This document shows, in pieces, positions 57,014 to 64,000 of a DNA stretch of 64,000 bases (positions are counted from its first letter, which is position 1; each line of letters starts with the position of its first letter). The notes under the pieces were generated by a model. The model was given only the letters and a program-made list of their open reading frames with translations, ran no database searches and was not told the DNA's origin. Position numbers and translations under genes: made by a program. Source of the DNA: an uncultured Pseudomonadales bacterium (lineage in GTDB: Bacteria; Patescibacteriota; Microgenomatia; UBA1400; PJMF01); contig CAZSJW010000003.1 in assembly GCA_964607285.1 (NCBI GenBank), forward strand, positions 6,094 through 70,093, read 5' to 3'.

Positions 57014-58123
57014 TTACGCTCTATACCACTGTGCACCTCGTCGCACAATCCTACCAGCTAACTCTAAACTACTCAACTCAAAACTCAATTGTACAACAGA
57101 AAGCTGAGTTGTCAGGCAGAGTTCGTCCGTAGTGCACGGACCTGATTGTAGCTGCCTCTCAATTTCATGTACTGGCTCAGTTTGTCTGTGTTGCTGTATG
57201 ACTTTGGTAATTCCTAATTCATTCAATATATCTTCAGCACTGCTAACTAATGTAGCTCCTTGGTTCACAAAGGTTTTTGTTCCCTCGCTGTACTCACTGT
57301 CAAACGGACCAGGCACAGCACCAACTGGAATTCCCATCTCCGCAGCAATAGCTACCGTACGCTGCGTGCCACTTCGTGCTGCGGCCTCGGGAACTAGCAC
57401 GGCATCTGATAAGCCTGCAATGATTCTATTACGCTCCAAAAACGTTCCTTTAGTAGGTAGCATGGCTGGTGCATACTCAGTTACTACCGTTCCACCTCCC
57501 GCAATTATATCCAATGCCAGCTTTTGCATCCTACTAGGAAACCAACCTCCAAAACCATATCCAAGAACAGCAATTGTTGGTGTCCCATTGGATACAGCAA
57601 CCTGGTGCGCTACAGCATCAATGCCATACATTAGCCCAGAAACAATTGTTCCAACGCCACTAGAACAACAGTCATGAATTAGTCTACGAGTAGCTCTTAC
57701 ACCATATGGTGTGCAGTGCCTAGCACCAACTACTGCAAGCGCAACTTGATTTGGTAGTGGCCAAACTCCTTGTGCATACAAGATAACAGGTGGCTGAGCC
57801 AACTTGGTAAGCTGGCTTGGGTACGCTGTATCTCCTTGCACACTCACATGAATAGACTGACTTTTAAGCCACAATCTATACGAGTCAATACTATATTCAT
57901 TAAATATTTTTTTGATTGAAATAAACTGCTTTTTATTAACGAGTAATTCATCTGATGAATAGAGTGCCTGTGGCCTAAACATATGTGCTTCTATTCGGTT
58001 TTTGTTCAGGTGTTCAAGAATTGAAACAACCGTATTAGGACCAACACCCCTAGCAGCATGTAGCAAAACAGCTAAATCCTTATACTGTGGTCTAATCCGT
58101 AGCATCATGCTACAAAGATACAC
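57014..58123 (-). CDS. dprA: DNA processing protein DprA (Smf)
   Basis: Rossmann-like DprA domain (GLMYGIDAVAHQVAV..IAVLGYGF), C-terminal winged-helix-like region. Confidence 0.8.
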   Translation of the reverse strand: MYLCSMMLRIRPQYKDLAVLLHAARGVGPNTVVSILEHLNKNRIEAHMFRPQALYSSDELLVNKKQFISIKKIFNEYSIDSYRLWLKSQSIHVSVQGDTAYPSQLTKLAQPPVILYAQGVWPLPNQVALAVVGARHCTPYGVRATRRLIHDCCSSGVGTIVSGLMYGIDAVAHQVAVSNGTPTIAVLGYGFGGWFPSRMQKLALDIIAGGGTVVTEYAPAMLPTKGTFLERNRIIAGLSDAVLVPEAAARSGTQRTVAIAAEMGIPVGAVPGPFDSEYSEGTKTFVNQGATLVSSAEDILNELGITKVIQQHRQTEPVHEIERQLQSGPCTTDELCLTTQLSVVQLSFELSSLELAGRIVRRGAQWYRA

Positions 58124-58167
58124 AAAGAACCTTACATAAACCGTAACTTAGCCATGAACTAGCAAAA

Positions 58168-60087
58168 CTACTCACCTTCAGTGGATACGTCTCTACCTTT
58201 TGGAGGCTCGAAAGCTTCCCCTTGAATCCAATCTACTATCGCTTTGGCGATTGGTGCAGCATCTCTAGAGCCTTCTTTGTATGGCTGAGCTTCATCACTC
58301 TCCACTAGTACTGTAATGCCAATTTTTTTGGGAAAATCTTCAGCGTGCTTCTGCCAGACGTGCCGCAACTCAATCCACGAACTTTTGTTTTGTGCTACAT
58401 CACTAACTGCGGCCTCAGCACTCATAGATGCTATCTCTTCTTCAGTAGACGCATTGAATACATCAGGAAGTGTCACATTGGCAACAAACCAACCGTGTGT
58501 ATTTCTGTATCCTCTACCATCTGCTATACCAAACTCTGCTGTACCCGTCTTACAAGCTACCGCACCCTTCTCCAGTTCCTCGTAAGCAGTCAAATCTGGT
58601 TGTCGCCTCGACTCATTGAATGAGAAAAACGGAAACGCTGTTCCTCCTGGACTGCAAGCAGCTAACATACCTTTGAGTACTAACTCAAGGTGGTTTTCTG
58701 CGATACCTAGTTCGCTACACACAGTAGTCGCTGTCTCATGACTAAGTTGGCCGTCCGCAACTAAGTGAGGATTACACACTCTACCTTTATTTCCGATTAG
58801 CTGATTTAGCTGTGCAATTTGCAATGGTGTGACCAACACATCTCCCTGGCCAATTCCAAAGTGATACGTATTCCCAAGATACCATTGCTCACCTATAGTC
58901 TGCTCTTTCCAAATTGGGTCAGGAACTGTCCCCACTGCTTCTCCTGCTAACTCTATCCCAGTAGCTTTACCAAATCCAAACAATGTTGAAAATTCTGCTA
59001 GTGCTGTTGGCCCCACCCACTCTGCTGCTTTATAAAAATAAATATCATTGCTCCTAGCTAAAGCTTTTTCCAAGCTGATAACACCCTCAGTGCGGCCATA
59101 TTGAGTAAAGTACCAGTTTGCATACTTATACTCGCCCACTGTTAATTCTCCTTCATCTTGCACTGATGTATGAGCATCTACAGAACCTTGTTCAAGTGCA
59201 GCCAATGCCGTAACAATTTTGAACACAGAGCCTGGTGGATACGTACCGCTCACAGCACGATTAAAAAAAAGTTTTTGTGGATGAGTAAAGTACTGCAGCA
59301 CAGTCTCCCTTCTAGATTTTTCTTTCGTCATGTCCTGCTCATGTTCTGACATCTTTGAAGCAGAGAATGCTGGACTGCTCACTAAGCTTAAAATATCTCC
59401 ATTTGTAGTATCAGTTATGATCACTACCCCACGCTGCTCACCAAGTGCCTGGTATGCAATTTCCGACAAATATGGATCGATTGTTGTTTTCAATGACTGT
59501 CCTGGCTGAGCTGCAACCTCTTGCAAAATCCGTTGAGGTTCTCCCAAAGCATTAACTTCATACAATACTTCGCCTTGAATTCCTCTTAGACGTTCATCAA
59601 GCGTCTTCTCCAAACCTGCCTTCCCTACAACATCTGATGGCGTAAGCACTCTATTTGCCAATAGCTCTTCAGCGGTAGGTGCACCAACGTATCCAACTAC
59701 ATGCGCAGTAGACTCTGGAAAAAGATACCGACGATCAAGCTGATACGCAATTGAACCAGAGCTAGTTGCCATAGCTTGTAGAACCATGTCACCAGGTAGA
59801 AACTCTTGTCCAAGTTTATCTCCTCTTGAATTCACAGAATAGTACTTAGGAATATTACTTACCAGTAAACCACCATACCTATCAAACAAAACCCCTCTTT
59901 CTCGTGGAGAATACCTTGTTGCGTACCGATTCGCATCAGCCAAACTTCTATACACAGTTGCTCTGACCACCTGGAGATCAATGACCCGAACCAGCAGACT
60001 TGAAAAGCCAACAATAATACCCAAAAATAGAATGAAGGATCTGCTAATCACTCTGTGCAGTGGGGCAGCATTTGTTTGTTTTTTCAT
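58168..60087 (-). CDS. Penicillin-binding protein 2 (class B transpeptidase)
   Basis: SxxK (SVFKIVTALAALE), SxN-equivalent and KTGTAEF motifs; N-terminal TM and dimerisation domain. Confidence 0.8.
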   Translation of the reverse strand: MKKQTNAAPLHRVISRSFILFLGIIVGFSSLLVRVIDLQVVRATVYRSLADANRYATRYSPRERGVLFDRYGGLLVSNIPKYYSVNSRGDKLGQEFLPGDMVLQAMATSSGSIAYQLDRRYLFPESTAHVVGYVGAPTAEELLANRVLTPSDVVGKAGLEKTLDERLRGIQGEVLYEVNALGEPQRILQEVAAQPGQSLKTTIDPYLSEIAYQALGEQRGVVIITDTTNGDILSLVSSPAFSASKMSEHEQDMTKEKSRRETVLQYFTHPQKLFFNRAVSGTYPPGSVFKIVTALAALEQGSVDAHTSVQDEGELTVGEYKYANWYFTQYGRTEGVISLEKALARSNDIYFYKAAEWVGPTALAEFSTLFGFGKATGIELAGEAVGTVPDPIWKEQTIGEQWYLGNTYHFGIGQGDVLVTPLQIAQLNQLIGNKGRVCNPHLVADGQLSHETATTVCSELGIAENHLELVLKGMLAACSPGGTAFPFFSFNESRRQPDLTAYEELEKGAVACKTGTAEFGIADGRGYRNTHGWFVANVTLPDVFNASTEEEIASMSAEAAVSDVAQNKSSWIELRHVWQKHAEDFPKKIGITVLVESDEAQPYKEGSRDAAPIAKAIVDWIQGEAFEPPKGRDVSTEGE

Positions 60088-60094
60088 TTGGCGC

Positions 60095-60565
60095 TTACTT
60101 TAGTACAATCAATCTTGAGTTTCTCAGTGTCATACCATTTGTTTGGATATCTTTTCTCAAACGAACAAGACTGACAACAATCCAAACAACCAAAAGATAG
60201 AACGTTGCCACTACAGACATCTGTGTTGTTGTCACAACTACGAATAATACACTTAGACCCAGATACACAACTGATTGTACTATTGCAGCCAAAAAATTAC
60301 CCAAAAACGTGAATCTGAACCCATACAAACTGACTGCAAAACATATGCATACTGTTGCTATATACAATGGTGTAGCAAACACTGTTGCTAAAAGAATTGT
60401 GCAAAAAATGTAAAAAATGGTGCGCTCTACTACTCGCTGTGACCAAAAAAATATTGGCACTACTAGGAGAAAAAGAACAGGTATACCTATTGCACGTTCA
60501 AACACGACAATACAAACACTGCAGATTGTGTAGAACAGCAAGAACATGATTCTGTGTATCACCAT
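60095..60565 (-). CDS. mreD: Rod shape-determining protein MreD
   Basis: 156-aa polytopic membrane protein downstream of mreC. Confidence 0.55.
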   Translation of the reverse strand: MVIHRIMFLLFYTICSVCIVVFERAIGIPVLFLLVVPIFFWSQRVVERTIFYIFCTILLATVFATPLYIATVCICFAVSLYGFRFTFLGNFLAAIVQSVVYLGLSVLFVVVTTTQMSVVATFYLLVVWIVVSLVRLRKDIQTNGMTLRNSRLIVLK

Positions 60566-61356
60566 ATTTCAACAAGTGCTACTTCATACAAAGAAATTGG
60601 TTGATCAATAACACCACTTAAAGTTGGAGATGAAGGTCTGGAATCGACAGTACGTACAGTACCAATTAACAAGCCTGATTGAATCCCCTCTTGCCCTGCG
60701 GAAACAACCCTATCTCCTATTTCAAGGGTAGAATCACGAGAGACTTCACGAATAATAACTTGCTTTCCTTTTCCATGTAATAATCCAACACCTCCTTGCT
60801 CGGTTTTCACTAGTATTGGTCGATCTAGAGGTATTTGCTGAAGTGAGGTAATTTTGGCTTGGTGCGCTGTAACTTCCTCAATTATTCCAACTAACACAGT
60901 ATTCGCTAATACAAGTGATCCATTTTGAACACCATCGGCACTGCCAGCACTGACAAACGATCCATCAGCAGTCAGTATCGGGGCACTTATGAGTCGATCG
61001 TAGTTTGCTGGCATGTGGTTTTTAAAAGTCTCACGCAACATACTGTTCTCTGCAACAACTCCTTCCAACTCAGTAATTTTCACCAGGGCTGTGGCATATC
61101 GACGCTGTAGCTCCAGATATTCAACCGCATCTACTCCACCAGTTGTAAGAACATAGAATGGTTCTTGCGCTGCTAACACTACTCTTGAAACTTGAGTAAT
61201 TATTGGAAGCAGTGTTCTCTCGCCAATTGTTCTCATAGGTAAAAACCACCCCAACCACTCAAAGCCAAACAGTGCAACTGAAAGTATCAAGCATTCATAG
61301 GGCACATGAACACTCAAACTCTGCTTCAAAAATGTGCTCCATTCATTTCTTCTCAT
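60559..61356 (-). CDS. mreC: Rod shape-determining protein MreC
   Basis: N-terminal TM, coiled-coil, beta-rich C-terminal domains; gene order mreB-mreC-mreD-pbp2. Confidence 0.6.
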   Translation of the reverse strand: MRRNEWSTFLKQSLSVHVPYECLILSVALFGFEWLGWFLPMRTIGERTLLPIITQVSRVVLAAQEPFYVLTTGGVDAVEYLELQRRYATALVKITELEGVVAENSMLRETFKNHMPANYDRLISAPILTADGSFVSAGSADGVQNGSLVLANTVLVGIIEEVTAHQAKITSLQQIPLDRPILVKTEQGGVGLLHGKGKQVIIREVSRDSTLEIGDRVVSAGQEGIQSGLLIGTVRTVDSRPSSPTLSGVIDQPISLYEVALVEIW

Positions 61357-61373
61357 AGTAGCTCAACTTCAGC

Positions 61374-62390
61374 CTATTTTTTTGCGGTCTGTAGTAACTG
61401 CAATCCAGTACTCACTACAGCTTCGGGCTTTTCAAACAAAACTATTTCAGTATCAAGTGTATGAGATAAATACGTATCTAAGCCAGATACCATAGCTCCA
61501 CGGCCAAACAACCGAAGACCAGTACTATGGATATTAGTAAGCAACTCTGGTTCAAGGTCTTCAAGAAACAGCTTAATACCATCAGCTAGCGGCATTAAAA
61601 TCTTCTGCAATTCATCATGAAAAACTGCTTGTGAAACTAAAAGCGTTTTGCTTGTAGATGTTGCTACATCCACTGCCTTCACAGAAACTTTTATATTTTT
61701 ACGAGCCTCTGTCTTCTGTCCATCAATCACACTAGTACAATCAATAAGTGTTTGTAAGATTTGCTCGATCACACGCTCGCTAACTATGCACTCATACTCT
61801 CGCAGAATCACCCTGCGGATCATATCGTGCAGCCAAGATACACCCCACTCAATTTCTGTTGTAGAAATTACACCAGATCCTGAATACACTGATATCTCAA
61901 CCCAGTCCATGTTAACCATGCATCCACAAAAAGGAGATGGAATGTTTAGTTGTTGAGCAACAGTAATCAGTGCATCTGCAACTGCTGTTGCTTGCAACCG
62001 ACCAAGACCTACAACAGAATACACTTTTTTGAAAGTATGCAGCTCGGCTGGTGACACACTAGTCGGATGGGAGTATCTGCCTCCATATCCTATCAGCTTG
62101 CCTAACAACCCAATTTGCGCATCTGCCCTCTGCAGTAAACTCTGTAAAAAAAGCTGTGCCGAAACTGGCTCTGCTACCCGACCAGCACGAATAGGCCAAC
62201 TAATCTTCAATGAATCCTGTCCGCTGTGTTTGAGTGCCTGTGCTTCTTGACCAATGGCCACTACTACATTTGAACCTGGATAGTAAGCTATACAAGTTAC
62301 TTCATTGAAAACCTCAACAGAGTCAATAGCAACCACAGTTCTTTCAGAACCAGAATCAATAAAAATATCCTGAGCAAACCATACTCTCAT
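61374..62390 (-). CDS. mreB: Divergent actin-family MreB-like protein
   Basis: IDSGSERTVVA / AIGQEAQ / WPIRAGRVAEPV segments parallel MreB phosphate-1, connect-1 and adenosine motifs; context upstream of mreCD. Confidence 0.5.
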   Translation of the reverse strand: MRVWFAQDIFIDSGSERTVVAIDSVEVFNEVTCIAYYPGSNVVVAIGQEAQALKHSGQDSLKISWPIRAGRVAEPVSAQLFLQSLLQRADAQIGLLGKLIGYGGRYSHPTSVSPAELHTFKKVYSVVGLGRLQATAVADALITVAQQLNIPSPFCGCMVNMDWVEISVYSGSGVISTTEIEWGVSWLHDMIRRVILREYECIVSERVIEQILQTLIDCTSVIDGQKTEARKNIKVSVKAVDVATSTSKTLLVSQAVFHDELQKILMPLADGIKLFLEDLEPELLTNIHSTGLRLFGRGAMVSGLDTYLSHTLDTEIVLFEKPEAVVSTGLQLLQTAKK

Positions 62391-62439
62391 GAGCCTACTA
62401 TACCATGGGTTACATTACCAAGATGACAAGCTGTTGCTC

Positions 62440-62955
62440 CTACAATGCGTTAAGCACGGCAGCGGCACTTGCCCACTTGTCTTGCTGCATTAGGTTAGTT
62501 GCATCATCTATTCTTGACAACTTATCTGCTGAACCATTGTGATAATCACGCATGCCCGACACTCGTTCCTTAAATAGATCTGCTTTAAGCTCAAGTGCTT
62601 TTTCAAGCATTATTTCTTCTAAATCAGGGACTAATTTCTCCAGATATTCAATAATTTTTTCTTGTTTTTCAAGTTCAGAGGAGTACTGCTGCTGAGTAAT
62701 TTTGCTCAACTCAGTATTTTCTTCAGTTGTCAGAAGAACTTTAACGTCATTTTCAATAAAGTCTTCCCAAATTACTTGCTGTAATTCATCTAGAAATGAC
62801 TCTTTCTCTTGATCTGTTCCATCAGTAACTCCAAGTAACACAAAAATGTTTTGATCTTCAAGTGATTCAGGTTGACTATGAATTTGTGAGGAACTTGGCG
62901 AGGAAATCACTGTGTCGTTGACGGATTGCATTGGGGATTGGGCAGCCATATCCAT
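62440..62955 (-). CDS. Hypothetical acidic protein (171 aa)
   Basis: ORF, acidic coiled-coil-like; no motifs. Confidence 0.3.
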   Translation of the reverse strand: MDMAAQSPMQSVNDTVISSPSSSQIHSQPESLEDQNIFVLLGVTDGTDQEKESFLDELQQVIWEDFIENDVKVLLTTEENTELSKITQQQYSSELEKQEKIIEYLEKLVPDLEEIMLEKALELKADLFKERVSGMRDYHNGSADKLSRIDDATNLMQQDKWASAAAVLNAL

Positions 62956-63044
62956 ATTTACTCCTGTTCTCTGGTACGAGTACTGTTTGTTTCCAGAATG
63001 GAATGCAGTTTTGCATTCCTATGTACTATACTACCATAGTTGGT

Positions 63045-64000
63045 ATGACTGGCAAGCATTTACACTATATCACTTTAGTCTGTTTTCATCTCTTAGTTGC
63101 GGTGGTGCCCTTGTACTTTCGTTTTACTACAGAGGAATTGTTTGAGTTTAACAAACTCATACTTGTATACGCTCTCACCGCAATCATTACAGGCCTATGG
63201 GTAACGCAACTAGTCATGGGGAAAGTTCACTTGAAACGTACTCCCTTTGATATTCCAATTGCATTATTCTTTTGCTCTCAAGTATTATCTACTTTATTTT
63301 CTATTCACCCCAGAACATCATGGCTAGGGTACTACACCCGATTCCATGGAGGCTTACTTTCCTATAGTGCATATATCCTTCTTTACTATGCCGCAGTACA
63401 TATTGTAAAGAAAAAGCAGATATTGCCACTACTCATTACAACTCTTGCCTCTGCGGGATTAGTCTCTCTGTATGGCATACTCGAGCACTTTGGACACTCT
63501 GCTAGCTGCCTACTCATTACTGATGGGGCGGCATTTGATGTCAATTGTTGGATTCAAGATGTACAGTCTCGTGTCTTTGCTACCTTCGGGCAACCAAACT
63601 GGCTAGCAGCATATGCAATCATGGTCTGGCCAATTGCAGCGTGGCTAAGTTTTGCATTTAAACGTACCTATGTTTTTATGGGATTTGCGGGTACAATCTG
63701 GACACTCCTAACTTTGGTAATCGTCTACACCAAATCCAGATCAGGTTTTCTTGGACTATTGGGAGGAATAGGATTAATACTGTTCTTCACAATTCTGCGA
63801 ATAATTTGGAAAAAATATACACAACATGCAATATCAAATAGTAAGACTGCAACAGCATGGCAGTATTTAGTAATTGGGCTGATACTACAGACTACTGTCA
63901 TTCTCTTTACTGGCACTCCTTTTACACCTTCCATTAGTACAGTACTCAAACCACAACGAGCACCTTCGGTCACAGAGCAAGCAGTTCCACAATCTCCTGT
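63045..64000 (+). CDS. Polytopic membrane protein, O-antigen-ligase/oligosaccharyltransferase-like (partial, continues beyond window)
   Basis: Open frame-0 reading frame from ATG 63045 (alternative ATG 63216) to window end; multiple TM helices; ATFGQPNWLAAY loop motif. Confidence 0.4.
   Translation, partial: MTGKHLHYITLVCFHLLVAVVPLYFRFTTEELFEFNKLILVYALTAIITGLWVTQLVMGKVHLKRTPFDIPIALFFCSQVLSTLFSIHPRTSWLGYYTRFHGGLLSYSAYILLYYAAVHIVKKKQILPLLITTLASAGLVSLYGILEHFGHSASCLLITDGAAFDVNCWIQDVQSRVFATFGQPNWLAAYAIMVWPIAAWLSFAFKRTYVFMGFAGTIWTLLTLVIVYTKSRSGFLGLLGGIGLILFFTILRIIWKKYTQHAISNSKTATAWQYLVIGLILQTTVILFTGTPFTPSISTVLKPQRAPSVTEQAVPQSP

Noticed and set aside
1-64000. CRISPR arrays, transposases, integrases, prophage genes
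   Set aside because: I saw no regularly spaced direct repeats or recognisable mobile-element proteins anywhere in the window.

Overview
This 64 kb window is a gene-dense bacterial chromosomal segment. Most genes are on the minus strand with short intergenic gaps, there are no transposase or integrase genes, and no CRISPR array. Housekeeping genes dominate. The overall content (small genome style, type IV pili, giant ORF, nucleotide salvage genes) is compatible with a reduced-genome, possibly CPR/Saccharibacteria-like organism, but that is inference only.

Main blocks, left to right:
- Replication, translation and proteases: dnaB, an M24 peptidase, tRNA-Ala(CGC), hisS, a glmS gene, rpmE, prfA, htrA, ctpA, the rpsF-ssb-rpsR operon and ychF.
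- A 2058-aa giant ORF whose C-terminus is an ABC1/UbiB-type atypical kinase domain.
- A long minus-strand type IV pilus locus: major pilin, three further prepilin-type genes plus a PilX-like minor-pilin candidate, a 653-aa prepilin-like protein with LVIVD beta-propeller-type repeats, and the pilB/pilC genes. The locus also holds a sensor histidine kinase, a receiver-only response regulator, and an unusual ThiF/MoeB (E1-like) protein with a 370-aa partner of unknown function.
- cysS, hpf, recR.
- A dense thymidylate/nucleotide-metabolism cluster (tmk, dut, DHFR-like, dCMP deaminase-like, thyA, a cytidylyltransferase-like gene, a HIT protein, and two large unknown proteins).
- nadD, topA, dprA, PBP2, mreBCD, and a partial O-antigen-ligase-like membrane protein at the right edge.

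Non-coding elements:
- A perfect sigma70 promoter (TTGACA, 17-nt spacer, TATAAT) driving an apparently leaderless 19-codon His/Thr-rich leader peptide (MRLFMISNLAHHTHTHTMR), followed by an intrinsic terminator, upstream of the operon containing hisS. This looks like an attenuator.
- A roughly 320-nt structured 5' UTR of glmS with glmS-ribozyme-like motifs.
- A nested-hairpin leader upstream of rpsF.
- Several intrinsic terminators.
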